Shown in pieces: positions 25,481-46,575 of a DNA stretch of 64,000 nucleotides. The stretch is taken from the NCBI RefSeq assembly GCF_000150275.1, contig NW_002060948.1, positions 5,830,411 to 5,894,410 of the forward strand, written 5' to 3'. Below the pieces are notes generated by a model. It made no database searches. It was not told where the DNA came from and saw only the letters and a list, made by a program, of their open reading frames with translations. A program made the translations under genes and the position numbers. How positions within the stretch are numbered: the stretch's first letter is position 1; the number at the start of each line of letters is the position of its first letter. Source of the DNA: Trichoplax adhaerens (taxonomy: Eukaryota > Animalia > Placozoa).

Positions 25481-28126
25481 AATCTAAACTATTCCAGCTG
25501 CAAATAAATCGTTCATTAGGAATTAAATTGCAAAGCCTAATATTTTGATCATTCAAGGTATTAATATATCATTTTATAATGTTTTTTGCCAGATATTACC
25601 CGATGGTGATATCAGATGACTTTCTCTACGATGAAGGATGTTGTTTTACTAAATTATCCCCAATAAATGAAATCTTATTGTGTGCAAAATTCTTCATAAT
25701 TGATATATTTATATCCATGAAGTTGAAATATTACGCAACAGTAACAATAAAATAAAAGAATTGACTTTAGTACAGTTATTGCAAGTTAATGCTAATCCTA
25801 TTTAATTCTACATACACAATAAAAATCTGATATAATTTTCTAAGTGTATGTCAGGTCAATTCCATCGTCGTCTACAAGTTAATTTCTACAGCAGTAATCC
25901 CATAACATATACTATTACAACTTTATTTCATGGCTATCCTGCAAGTTCTGAATTTAATAATTAAGCTACTAACTTAATCTAGACAAATCTGCTAGAATAT
26001 CCTTTCATTTCCTTAGTTACCAACTAATCTGTCAGTTCAATTTATTCTTATACACCATCCAGTAAAGAAAATTTATACCTCCAATCAAATAAGGTATACG
26101 TAAATTCAATTCTTATTGACTTATTTTATTTTTTAACTTAATTCCTTAATAAAGAACCCTTTCTGAATGAAATATTCTATTAATTAAGGACTAGATTTAT
26201 CAAAACAAACTAATTAAAAGATATTTTCCAGAGTAAAATTTGCTGTAACTTTGACTCGTAGTCCATCGTTTATTTACATAGATTTTAAAGCCTTGATGAC
26301 GTAAGCAAGGTTTATACATAATAAAAATTAAAAATTTAAATGTATTGTTCGAAATTTTAATTCATAACGCTACTTTTTACGCATCATTTTATAATGCAAA
26401 TTACGCTATAGTAGCTCAATCTTGAAGCTTTCTACCAAATTACCATACCGGTAATTAAAATTCCCTTACAGTTTAGCCATTTGTAGCTCAACTATCTACT
26501 CCTAAATTTCTATCAAAATTAGAACACGATAATTGTTTTCATTCGCTTATGTTAGCATCTGTTCTGCTGTCTAAAGTCCTAACGAGCATTCTATCTTGAT
26601 GGGCCATAGTAGCCATTTATTACACCCTCTAAACTACATTATAGAACCTCAATTTTCTTCTGCCGTGATCTAAATTATGAATGATTCTAATATCAATTAT
26701 TTCAGTATCGTTTCTGTTCAGAATGGGCAAACTAAAACAAAATACATCCGAGTACGTAAATAAAGGGAATTATTGTCATCGGTAAACTTTTATTATCATT
26801 ATCTGTCTGAAAACAAGATCATAAACCCATAAGGGCTCATTTTATGTTATCAGTGAATTTAAATTTTTATTATCTAACTGAAAACAAGATCAAAAACTTG
26901 TCAATTCTCACTTGATGCCATTTTAATTATAGATTATCATTTTATCTACTTCAGGGCCAAAATATTAATTTTACATTCAGCATAAACAATAATTAATTAG
27001 ATTATTTTCCTGCTCTTTAGCTATCGAATTCTTTATTATATATTTGAATTATAAACTTAATTTCGATTCCTTGTGCTTTGATCTTTAAACATCTTAAGTG
27101 AAAATGAATAAGAGGCGAAATGACAATAATTTATTACATTATTTACGACGATTCCCTAATTTTTCACTTAATTGATATCCATTCCAATAATAAAGTAGAA
27201 GAAAATTAATTTTCTCCTCGTTGCAAAATTATTTGTAGCATTGTCCATTTGTTTGTAGGATGGCTTGAAATATAAACTGTCAACCATGATCCTAATGATA
27301 CAATCTACACCATTTAATACGATGTATTATCATTAAGTACATCAATTTCCTGATGGTGGATCTGATAATTATTTGCTTTCATGTTGATACCAAACAAGTT
27401 GGAGATGAATCCACTAGTTTAATTAATTATTCCTTCTTTATTTTAGTTGTTTTAATGAAATTAAATTTCACCCTATCTCAAAAATGAAAAATTTAGTTGT
27501 TTCTAATGCATAGAATTCATTTAAATTGCAGCTTAAATCAAAAGCAGTAATATCTAACTGATCATCCGCAATTTTTTCAGTATCTTAGAAGTCTAACTTG
27601 GATCTACTTTAAATTTTAGCTCTACTGGGATTGTAATAAAATCACTGTCCTTCTAAAACTTATTAATATATTACAATAATAAATGCTGCTATCAAAATAC
27701 TCCTATGTCTATTTACACCTGGGATTAAATCTATAATAATAATCTAACTAGGGATTGTAAACGTAAAATGTTTTTGCTCCGGGTACCCGTTGTTGAATTA
27801 CTAAATCGAATCCTCGTACTTCATAATTTTATTCCGCTTTCATACCATTCTTAGGACTATTTAAGCGTTCTGAGATGTAAAGCGAATATAACGATAATTA
27901 AAACAGTGATTTTCGGCTGACTTTGACGATTAATTATTGTAAGATAATCGTTGTTAATAACATAATTTCAGCAGTTAATAACTGATATTTTACGACAACG
28001 CGACAAATTGGCAAAGGTAAAATAAAGTTATTTGCCTCTGGTGCGCTAGATAATTTGCCAAATATTACGAGAACACCGACATCTGAGCTTGCGAATTAAG
28101 ATCAGCCCCGGGATCAACCAACTCAA

Positions 28127-28271
28127 AATTTCGGCGGATTTAGGCGTTTCGGGTATCTTCGACTATGTCTTGACCATCTTCACAGAAGGTAACTAACTTT
28201 AAAGGAATTAGTGCCCTTTAAGTTACGTTCCTCGATGGCACCCAAAAATATCGTCGAAGTTCGCCGAAATT
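28127..28271. other. Imperfect ~145 bp inverted repeat (fold-back)
   Basis: Nested complementary blocks: AATTTCGGCG/CGCCGAAATT, CTTCGAC/GTCGAAG, CCATC/GATGG, GTAACT/AGTTAC, TTAAAGG/CCTTTAA around a ~9 nt loop. Confidence 0.7.
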
Positions 28272-29224
28272 ATGGTATTCAATACTCCATTTGAATACTT
28301 ACGAACACAAAATTGTCCAGATTTTTCAATACCAATGATACGCGTGAATTAGAATATTTACCAGTCCTTCTGGTGGATCTAGCTGTATTAAATTATAGTA
28401 CCAACGCAATTTTTAAACTGGCGACGTACATGAAATATTCGTAAATCATCGATTTTACCCCTTCCAACATAGGCAGTTTCAAACATTTAATTAATAAAAT
28501 TTTGCATTAAATTAGATCAGAACCCAAAGCAACGTTACGATAGTAACATTACAGTAAACCGTACAGTTGAAATTCAATATTTGCCAGAGGATTGATAAAG
28601 ATAATAATACTAAAAGACAAGAAACCTAACGTGGCATTTGTTACTGACAGCAAAACGGCTGCATTTTCTTGCGGTAATTTATTACATACAGGATATAAAA
28701 CTAAGTGAGACATTCTACAATTGGATAAAAAGTCATTTTCTATCGACAGCTTTCTTCTCACGATAATACGTATTACAAATAAATAGTAATACCCACAAGC
28801 TCTCAATTCAATACACGTAGAATTCCGGGCCGCTTATCAATTCGCTTAATTAATTACTTGACTACGTGGCATTCAACGAGTTACATAGTCATAATAATTT
28901 TTTTTCTCGCGTAGCTCTGTAATGGAAGCAAATAGTGATTTTACAATTATTCGTATATGTTGCATTACAAACGCTATATTAAAACCGATTCCTAAATCAT
29001 TAAACGTCATCTCTTCCTACTGTACTCGCATTAATGTGTTATCATTAAGCACTGTAAGCATAAATTACAAAAAAACAGACTTGAAATATTTTTAAAGGTG
29101 GAACAATTGCAACGACATCAAGCCAACTTCACAGATAGAATTATTACTTTCTTATTCTTCTCTAGATCGAAGAACTGTGACGATGGTCAAAAAACAATAG
29201 TGCCAATACTATAGATTGCAATAT

Positions 29225-29348
29225 AACAATATATATATAGTTACTGAACGTAAATATATATATATATATATATATATGCCGTATGTATGTATGTATATAT
29301 ATATTTAAATATATATATATATAGATATATATGTATATTATGTATATC
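29225..29348. repeat. Compound (TA)n/(TATG)n microsatellite downstream of MARK
   Basis: Visible directly in the sequence. Confidence 0.9.
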
Positions 29349-30074
29349 ATCGTTAGTATGTGTTGCACCGGATTACACAACAATAACAAAAAATGGTCGT
29401 GTGCCATACATTTTGATACTCCGTAATTAAAGATTAAAATGTAAACCAGAAATCATAACCATTCTTACGCATCAAATAATAGTATAATACCATTATATAC
29501 CTATGCTACAAAAGAGCAGTACAAGCGGACTAATAAACCAGCAGCAGATGATGGCAAGTAATATCGGTAAAGCAATTAAACTTTATAGAGAATTATTTAC
29601 ACATAAAACGTAATATTAATAAAGTTAACGTCTTCAGTGACTTGCGGAAACGATCGTGTCGCCTTTAGTAGAAACATCTACATTAGAAATATTCCACCCA
29701 TTGATTTTGCGGTACAAACCTGATGAAAACTGTACATTACATGATCATACTAAGCAAACATAATACAAACTTAAAATTTCAACGTGAAATATAGAAAAAA
29801 ATGTTCAGTGATGTCCTGCTTTCGTCACTCTAGCATCTATGCAAGCAAAATATAAAGTTTTTTCATATCTACTAATCTCTTGAACTTGTCATCAATATAT
29901 ACTGTACTTCCGAAGCATAGCAACATGATTGTCATTATCTGACATATTCAGCTAACTATCAACGCAATAATAATATCGCATGCTAGCTCCCTATGAATTA
30001 CTTAATCATTCCAAATATCCAATAAGGTTATGGTTCAAATATTAATAAGTTTCTTCCAACTTTTTCAATACCAA

Positions 30075-37445
<7,371 letters not shown>

Positions 37446-40400
37446 GGTCGTACTAGACGAATTATCAATCCTCAAGTTTAAAGTAAAGTGCTTATAAAGA
37501 GCAGGATCATCCAATTGCTATACTCGAGTATACTACTGGAGAAGGAATGTGGTATTACAAAAGCGCGTTAGGAATCTTTTCGTTTGCAAAGTCGATCAGT
37601 GAGTCATCTATTCATTGTATAGGAAATCATCAATCGGTTTGGGTCAGTTCGCCATATCCTATCGCTAGCAAGTATCGAGGTTAAGGGGATTATCCTACCG
37701 TAGAATTCAATAAGTCTACTAATGAAATTTAAGCCAGTACAATATTCTTCTTCAAAAAGATAATTACTGAAGGCGATACATATCGCCTTTTATAACGCGA
37801 TAGGCGTAAAGCGAATATAAAAAAAGTTTACAAATACTGCAGCAACATCCACTACATGCGCTGTTTCAATACAGTGCAGTACAGTATTACTGTGCTGTTT
37901 TCTGCTCTATGACAACAACGCATTCCTGTATTGGCTGAAAGAGTACTAATCCGGTCTTTAGTAAAATAAAATAAAAAATGCAAAAATAGAGTAAACTGTT
38001 TTACGCATTGACTACGCGCTAACAGTCAACTATTAGTAATGGTGGACAATTAAAGATCAACTGGTGAAGGCAATTTCCAATTTGCTGTATAGTATAAAGG
38101 TAAAGATTTGAATGAACGACTGAAGAAGAGAACATATCATTGTATAAACGAAGTCAATCACCAAAGTCGAGAAAGAGGCAAGTCAGACTTTCAATGAAGA
38201 ATACGGGTAGTGTGTCAGTCCATGACAGCATACGTTCAGACTACAGTAAGTATACCCAGGAAATCGTGCAAATTTGTACTGTATATCTATTCTCAGGAAA
38301 TATGGAAAAAAGATTGGGAGATATGTTCTCCATTCATTGAACATCGCAAAAATGACCAATTGCTGACAGTATTGCAATAGAAATTTGCATGTTACATTTT
38401 GGCAATGATTCACTCTTCCAGTGTAGGCCTTCCGTTCTCCTCACTGAGATATTCCTGTTATTTTGTTGATTCTGTCGTTTACAGTATGATAACGGATGAT
38501 AGAAATGGCCCATTTTCTTTTCAGCAGACTGTACTATCAAAACACTGTGGGGGTAAAGTAAAGTCAAAGACAAGCTGACATTACCAAGAAGGGCCTTGAG
38601 AGATTGAAATGAACTTCAAAGTCAATCTCCTCCAATAGCTCTGCCAGTGAAAATTAAAAATCCATTTTTGCGGGGCCGCTTTTTACTCCATTCAAGTAGA
38701 GAAACTGCAAAGAAAGTTGCAATTCAACTAGACACGTCGTCAAGACGAGTTTGACCCGTACAATCGTACATGTGCACTTCAAAGGATAAGGCAGGTGTAG
38801 CGTCAGTACGTACAATTACGTGGTTGACGATCACCATGCTCGAACGAACGAACCAACCAGGAGCAAGGAAAAGAAAACGAATGGTGAAATCATTTATCAA
38901 CGTCTGAATGACGCCGATATTGGTCACACAATCCATACTGTACTGTAATGGAAAATGGCGTGTGGTGGCACAGCGTGCTTTGTACAGTCAGTCGGTAGTA
39001 TCGAACTGTCACCCCTTGTCACTACCACTGTTTCAACGTTGAACTATGATGGTCTCCTTACGGACAGCCCAACCATGGTTCACTGAACTAACTTGATCCT
39101 CAAACCTACTGTACTGTATCGCAGATTTTTTACTGTTTATTGATGATAACGGCATCCAGTCTACAGTACACTGTAGTACAGTACTGTACTGTACAGCATA
39201 GTATCCAGCGACGGGTTGAGTACGGAAACCAGCTGCTCGGTATCATGGACAGTAGAGGTAATGCACGATACAACTGCAGTATTGTATAGCTGTACGTTTC
39301 TGGAATACTAGGGCAAGTGTGGCGTCAGTAGTGGTAGTGTGACACGCCTGACTGTAACGTACTCCCTATGACTTCGTTTGCAAAGCGACGTCACCCTTGG
39401 TAGCCAGTGGAAGTTGTATGACAGCAAAGTATTGCATAGAACATCAAGTCAAGGCGATACAATGTCAACGGATAAATTTCCATCAAATCGACATGACGAT
39501 TGACAAGCGATCAAAGCAATAAAAATGTAATTTCTTTTAAGCTCAATCGAAAGTTTTCATTCATTACTCACCCTTCCAGATTCGTTAACAGGCGGACGCG
39601 AAGACATAATGACGAGTTGAGTGAGCACAAGATTGAACGCTGATGTTGGACAGCGGTTGATCAATTCGATGAACAACTAGAAGGCAGCAGTCAACAACGC
39701 ATGCTGCTGTAATTCACAGCACACCCAGGCAATAAATGGCGAAACGTTGTATAACGCTGTTAGAGAACGATTTGCCGATGACAGCAAATAAAATGTTGAT
39801 TCTAAGTTAATTACCAATCGTGATCGGCTGTAATAGCGATAATAGCTAACTTCAACTGCATAGAACTGGCCAATGACAGTTAAATATGGCCGGCAGAATA
39901 CACCAATGTTAGTCAACGTCTTTGATAGCAGTCAAGATAAGCGCTAAAATCAATCGTAATAGTTGGAAGTAATCTTCACTTGTGATCGAGTCGTTTTTCT
40001 TATGAAGAATATCTTGATACCAATGAGCATAGAATAGTAAATAGTATTATTGCTAGTCAATATAAGGCAGTTACGCTAGATGATATTCAATTGGAGATTA
40101 TTCAATTTGCAACCTTTAATGGTTTTTCACGAATGGTACGCAGTATGCTACACTATCATAATCTTCAAGATCCTAAACGTCTTTCATCTGTTGAACACAT
40201 CAAAGTACTTTCGAACTTGCCAAGGTGGTTCGTTGATGGAAAGTAGTCGTGTTCCGTTATTCACTGACGAAGTAATACAAATATTCTTCAATCTGACCAA
40301 TTACGTAAAACTCCAAATGTTGGAAGTTTCGTGATTGTAAGCCACGAGCGCCTGGAGCTGTGCCTTTTTATCAAGCTTTTTCTAAGCTCGCGTCTTGACC

Positions 40401-43306
40401 CGTAGATTATGATGATTTAGTATTGAGTAGAATTTTCAACTTCAATTAGTAGAATGGTGGTGGAAGGAGAGCGCACTAGTGTACAGTACAGTCCACTCTA
40501 CTCCACCCGACTGTTTAACGCAGTATCACCAAGCTAGTTGTTGTTGTTATTATGGTTCAGTACTACTGTTCTCTCCAGGAGTGCAGTTCAGTACAGTACA
40601 GCGTACTGTACACTGTACAGTACCGTGGCCCACTGCTACAGTGCACAGTACAAGTTCCACATTCTGTACTGTACACTGTACAAAATGACAATGTCCATTT
40701 GTATTACAGCAGCAGCTCCAGCAACGAGATATGAGTCATCAATGATGACCTACAATGTACACATCAACACATCGTGGATTGAACTGCGCTGAAGCAGGGA
40801 AAATGCACGATGTCCGTAGTGACTGGACGGTAAGTCCATCAACTACCTGTGCTAAAATACCTCTACTTTTATGCATTGCTAGTGGAAAAATACCATATCA
40901 CAACCACTTTTTCTATAGTCGATATCGGCTACTATACTTTGTACAGTATTTCCCTTCCACTACCTTGTGCTCTACTGTACTGTACAGATGTGCGTCATTC
41001 AAGTCCTGTCTGATTCATTAAAAAAACAATCATTATTCTGCTAATTTGGGCTTTTAGCATAAATGGTGTACAGTATGCTAAACGATCAAGGCCAGTAGAA
41101 TAATACACTACTACAATGGTACAATATTATGTCGTGAGTTGTAGACGACAACATTTGATCTACAGTAGAAGACAGCAAAGTACGACAGTATACAGTATAA
41201 AATGACTGCAATGAAGAAGCAACTGGACTGCCAATCAACATGTGGTGAATGATCACCAATCATGCATCATTCATAAAGCTTATTATCACTATAATAAGCG
41301 TTGATCATATGATACGATGATTGTTGAAATAATACAATCAAAAAACATACTGTGCAGTAGATTGAATTTATTGAGGACTAGCAGTGAGTGGGTTGAGAAG
41401 GAACCAAATGAAGGCCAATTTTTGGCTCATAGTCAAGACGCTGTGCTACTTGAACGCAGTTAATTAAATTATGATGAACTACAACAGCAAGAAGCGCTGT
41501 AATGACTCATTTTAATTGATGAATAATAATAAGATTGATCATGGCAGTCATCAATGGCCGCATACTGTATCTTGAAAGAAAATGCCTTGCATTGTCCCTA
41601 CAATAGTACCACAGTGTATAGGAGTACACAAATACCATCTATAAAGTAAATAAGTAAATAGTGTTATCGCGCTGCATTATACCGCAGAATGACGTTTTGA
41701 TTTACTAAGTGATTGTTCCAACTACTCCTGATTACACTCATCAACCAAAAGTTGAATGGTCTATGGCGCCTTAAGTCATCCTAGAAGAATATGCCTAAGC
41801 TACGTGCATGATTTCTGATACTCATCATCTTCATGAGATGAATCAAACCTGTCAGCAGAGAATGCTATAATAGCCCATGGATCTTCAATCATGATTCAAT
41901 AAGAATTGATACGCATAATATAGATTGTAGCATACCCCTTTCCCAATATCACTCCTATCACAGCTAACATTACGTCTTGAAAAAAATTCCTAGTTGAGCA
42001 TCAGAAAAGGCCACGCTACGCCTTGCTAACTAATCATGGACTGTACGGAATGATGTATTCTATTAGTAGAGTCTACTCGGTTAGATTGTATTATAACATT
42101 GAATGATTGTCATGTTAACCATGATAATGCTGCAACCAAAGAAATCCAAATAGAATAAAAATTCAAAAAAGGTTTTTTATTATTTATTATTTATTATTAT
42201 TATTATTGTTATACTTGAGCTGTTGTACTTGAGTTAGTCACATCATTGTATATTGTAATTTTATCCCGCTTGATGTATTGCGCATTGTCATCAATTTGGC
42301 TTACGAATTCGATATGGAGAAGCCATAGACTGTGCGTATAAATAATTATTATTATTATTATTTACCGTCGTCTGCAGTTTGCTTATACTGTACGTAGTCG
42401 AGCTAACTGCAGAAAAAGTCCTTCATCAAGGCGAAAATACAACGAGTGCAGACAATCTGTCAAGAGTGCTAAGCAGCCATGACGTCATGAGGTTTAGGAG
42501 ATGCAACCCAATTGCCCTCTCACGTTCCTGTACAAAATGGGGATGTTGTTGATGAGAATTAATTCAATTAGGCATGTTAAACGACCTACAGAAGCCAGCT
42601 AAGCTTTTCATCAAGTTGGTATTTTTTTTCAATGATGGTTTGGATTATATTATTGACTTGATCCGATGGCTCGCCACAAGATAAAATATTCGGTTTGGCT
42701 TTGCTTTGGCTTGAAGTCGGCCTAGCAGACTAGAGCTGAATCAATGATGCGGGTAGTAGAGTAGAGTATACGGCAGGTATTCAGAGCGTGCTACTGTATT
42801 GCAACATGTTATCATCAACTCTTTCCACTAGACTGCAGTAGTGGTACAGTATACCTCTGCGACGAATGTGCGTGTCTCGGTGTACAGTAGACCCTTCCCA
42901 TTTCGACTAAATGTAAAGAATCCTATGCTGAAACGTCTCCAACGATGGTATTCACTTACCAAAACTCATAGACATAATTTCAGCTAATTCTATCAAGATT
43001 TTTGGAGATATTTCAGCATAAAATTCTAAACATGGAGTCAAAATCTGAAGAGTCTAGCGAAGTCTACAGTCTACAGTCTACAGTGTACGCTACTCTACAG
43101 TACAATCATCGTTTCTTTTTACTGTAGATGATAATAATAATAATAATAAATAATAGATGATAATAATACTACCCATCACCTACTTCAGTCAATTTATTTA
43201 GTCAAGCAGGAAATAGAATTGCAATTTTCAAGCTTTTCTGCAGCATTCTTGGATTATGTGGACTCTGTAAGAGGATGATGATCGGTTGAACTTGATATTG
43301 CAAGGC

Positions 43307-45813
43307 ATGCATGCTCTACAGACGTACTGCAGTTCAGATTCAGAGGAAGATGCCATCGAACATAACAATACTCGCCATCAAGATCATCCTAAACAAGTGC
43401 AATCGAGTAAGGCAAATTTCTTCATTAAGGTTAATCTATCATCAACATGACATGATTGTGTAATGAATGTTCAAGAGTATCTGCCATACAAACGATACGA
43501 AGCTGATGAATGCCTAGAAATAGGATCATTTCGTTATAGTTGCTATAGCTAATCTGCAGGATTGAGGGACTCTTTTTTGAACTTGAAGTTAGATAATGTA
43601 TTATACATAATAGACCACAAGATCAAAGTAAAAAAAGCATCTATTGATCTAATTTAATTTAATGATTATATTATTTATTGATCATGTTGAGCAGCTTGTA
43701 GCATGCACGATAAGTACTGTGTATTAATTTAAAAAATGAAAACGATTTCAATCAAATTCTATAGTCACAAGTTATCCTGGTTATCCTACGGTTTTTGGAT
43801 GTAAGACTGATTATATTATTGATGAGCATTCAATCAACCGTCAGTACCATCGATGATCGACTACATATAATTATTTAGAAATGATAAATCATATAAATCA
43901 CTATCGAGACACAAGTGTATAAAAATAACAATGGGCTAGTGCATAGACTTCTAAAAATTCGGTCTTTTTGAGTAGTCCATGGCTAGTGCAACTGCATACT
44001 CTTACAGAGAGTAATTCACAATGGATTAAATTGAATCGCCATCGTAGACAGTAAATTTTGTTATGCACCCAAGTATAAACCTAATTAAGTTGCATTCTAT
44101 CTACTTTGCTATTTGCGTTGATCTTCAATACATCTTGACGTAGGAAATTGCCATCCAAATTTAACTCATTGCCGGATGGATGCTGTCAATCCTGCTCCTG
44201 CATTACCAACGCCAAAAGTTCCAGTCATTCGTCCATACATTTCCAAAAGGAAAAGAGGTGATGATGATATGCCATCAAACAACAACATCGTAAAAAAAGG
44301 TCCTCTAAATATACCGCCTAGTTATCAATCTGATACTAGCAACGACACAAATGTTGTCAATAGATTACCTAATAAAGTCAATGCCGTTTACTCAGAACAT
44401 AAAAAGTGTGTCAATTGCATCCGATGGAACCCTAACCAGCATAATCTGTTATTATCTGCCAGTATGGATGGAACAATACGGGTATGGAATTATCCTCAGT
44501 GTAAAGAGAGCTTGCTATGTATTAGAAATCACTTTCAGGCAGTGAGATCAGCTTTATGGAGTATTGACGGTACTAGTATTCTATCTGGTGGATTTGATAA
44601 AACGTTACGCCTTACGGATGTAAACGCAGGTGAATTAAAATTTTAATGCCGTAATTATTTAAAGGTGATGCATTGGCTAAAAATGACACTTTCTGGTTAT
44701 CAATGCTATTAAAATTTTTCATTATAGGAAAGGAAACATTACTGATACAAAGTAATCAGTTTATTACTGCCCTTCATTTTCATCCTGTGGATAACAATCT
44801 CTTCATTTCAGGTGGTTCACAAGGGGCTATCAATTGTTGGGATATTCGCTCTGGAAAAGTAAAGATTCCAATGCTTTTCTACTATCTTTTGACATTAGTT
44901 CACCTTTTTTGTACTTTTAATATACGTCGTCTATGCTATTGATGTAACATCACAGTACCAATTGTGTAAGACAAGGTATTAATGTTCTCATTTTGGGATT
45001 TATGTGAAGGCAATTCGAAACTACATAGGTACCTTTGGCCAATTGCAAGATTTCGCATTCTTAAATGGTGGATCAGAATTCTTTTCAGCTACAGACACGG
45101 TGCGTCGTAATTCAACCGATCGTGCTCTACTAGCTTGGGATTTTAAAACTGGAGCTATTCTCTCTAATCAAATATATCAAGTAAGTTCATCTAGTATAAG
45201 CTATTCAATTACGATATTGTTGTTCACTCTCATGTATACCTATAGAAATTGAATCTTTGATTCAGTTGCTGTTTAACTAAGTGATGGTAATGTATGCGTA
45301 AATCTCTTAATAGGAAGCATTTACGTGTACATGCCTGAAAGTTCACCCGTTTGAATCGACGCTCATTGCTCAATCAAACGGAAATTATATCGCAATTTTT
45401 TCAACCAAGCGACCTTACAAACTCAACAAGAAGAAAAGATACGAAGGCCATCAGGTAAGCTACCTGGATTAATAGAATATTAGTCTTAAATTAACGACAC
45501 CTTACAAACAGGGAAACAGCTCATACTAGCCTACTGTATACGCAAAGTAAATACTTATATTTTTGTTATATGTGCTACGATTTAAATATAGGTATCTGCA
45601 CACCGCATTGGCTGCGATTTTAGCCCAGATGGCACTATGGTCATAACTGGATCATCAGATGGCAACTTTTATGGCTATAGCTATAAAAGTAGCAACATTA
45701 TTAAAAAAGTTGAAGCTTATACATGTGCCTGTGTAGACGTTGCGTTCAATCCTGCATTATATAGAACTGTTGCTACTTGTGGATGGGATGGAAATATCAA
45801 GATTTTGAGTTAG
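43307..45813 (+). CDS. WDR25: WD repeat-containing protein 25; 6 coding exons
   Basis: Exons 43307-43406 (MHALQTYCSSDSEED), 44144-44629, 44728-44858, 45010-45180, 45314-45454, 45592-45813 splice in phase. Motifs LLSASMDGTIRVWN, ILSGGFD, FHPVDNNLF, DRALLAWDFKTGAILSNQIYQE, AQSNGNYIAIFS, YEGHQV and ATCGWDGNIKI follow the WDR25 pattern along its length. Confidence 0.92.
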
Positions 45814-46575
45814 CTTGCATTGCTATAACTTTGTCATGTATTATACCAAGCTACGACTAATATCAAAATCTCGTCTTGTGCGGGTGCCTCAAATAATGTA
45901 CCATACGGTATATTTAAAACAGAAAACCATTAGTACACTTTCATATATATATCATTCAAAAATGTAGCCTAAATTTACAGTCAAAAACATGTCAGGCATT
46001 ATTATGACGCGCAAATACTATAGCTTTATTCTAAAATGTGGTTAGTCGTCAAGAATGCCTAAAAAATGTTTGTTAATTATTAATATCGGCAGTTAACATA
46101 CGCTATCAACTTTGGACTTTATAATAAAGTTGAAATTGTAAATTTTTATCTCAAGTACCATCAAGTTGTTGCTAGCAGAATAAAATTGATTTTTACACAG
46201 ACGCATGATGAGTACGATAGTATCATGTAGCAGTTCACTTTATAACTAATCAATGAAACCATAATTTATTTGCATATCTTCATTCTGAGCTTGTAATATT
46301 GTTCCGGCTAATGATTTCCAATGGACAAAGCATGACTATTAAATCACTGATCGGGAATATTTCAATTTCATTTCAAACGTAATATTTTTAAAACATTAAA
46401 GGAATTACAGCTATCAATCTCAAATCGTTACATATAATATTATTACAAAATCAGACACGTAGGAGGACATTATTTCTTCGTCAGACGCAGAATTATTTAA
46501 GGTTATGGATATTCTTGTATAATTCGGCCGGATCTTTTCAGTATAACATACTATGAAGTTTAATTTGGTTAGAGA

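Noticed and set aside
29162-29407. 81-aa ORF rich in YI repeats
   Set aside because: Translation of the (TA)n microsatellite.
40479-41021. Overlapping ORFs rich in STVQY/YCTV
   Set aside because: TACAGTA/TACTGTA arrays lack stops in several frames, so these are spurious peptides.
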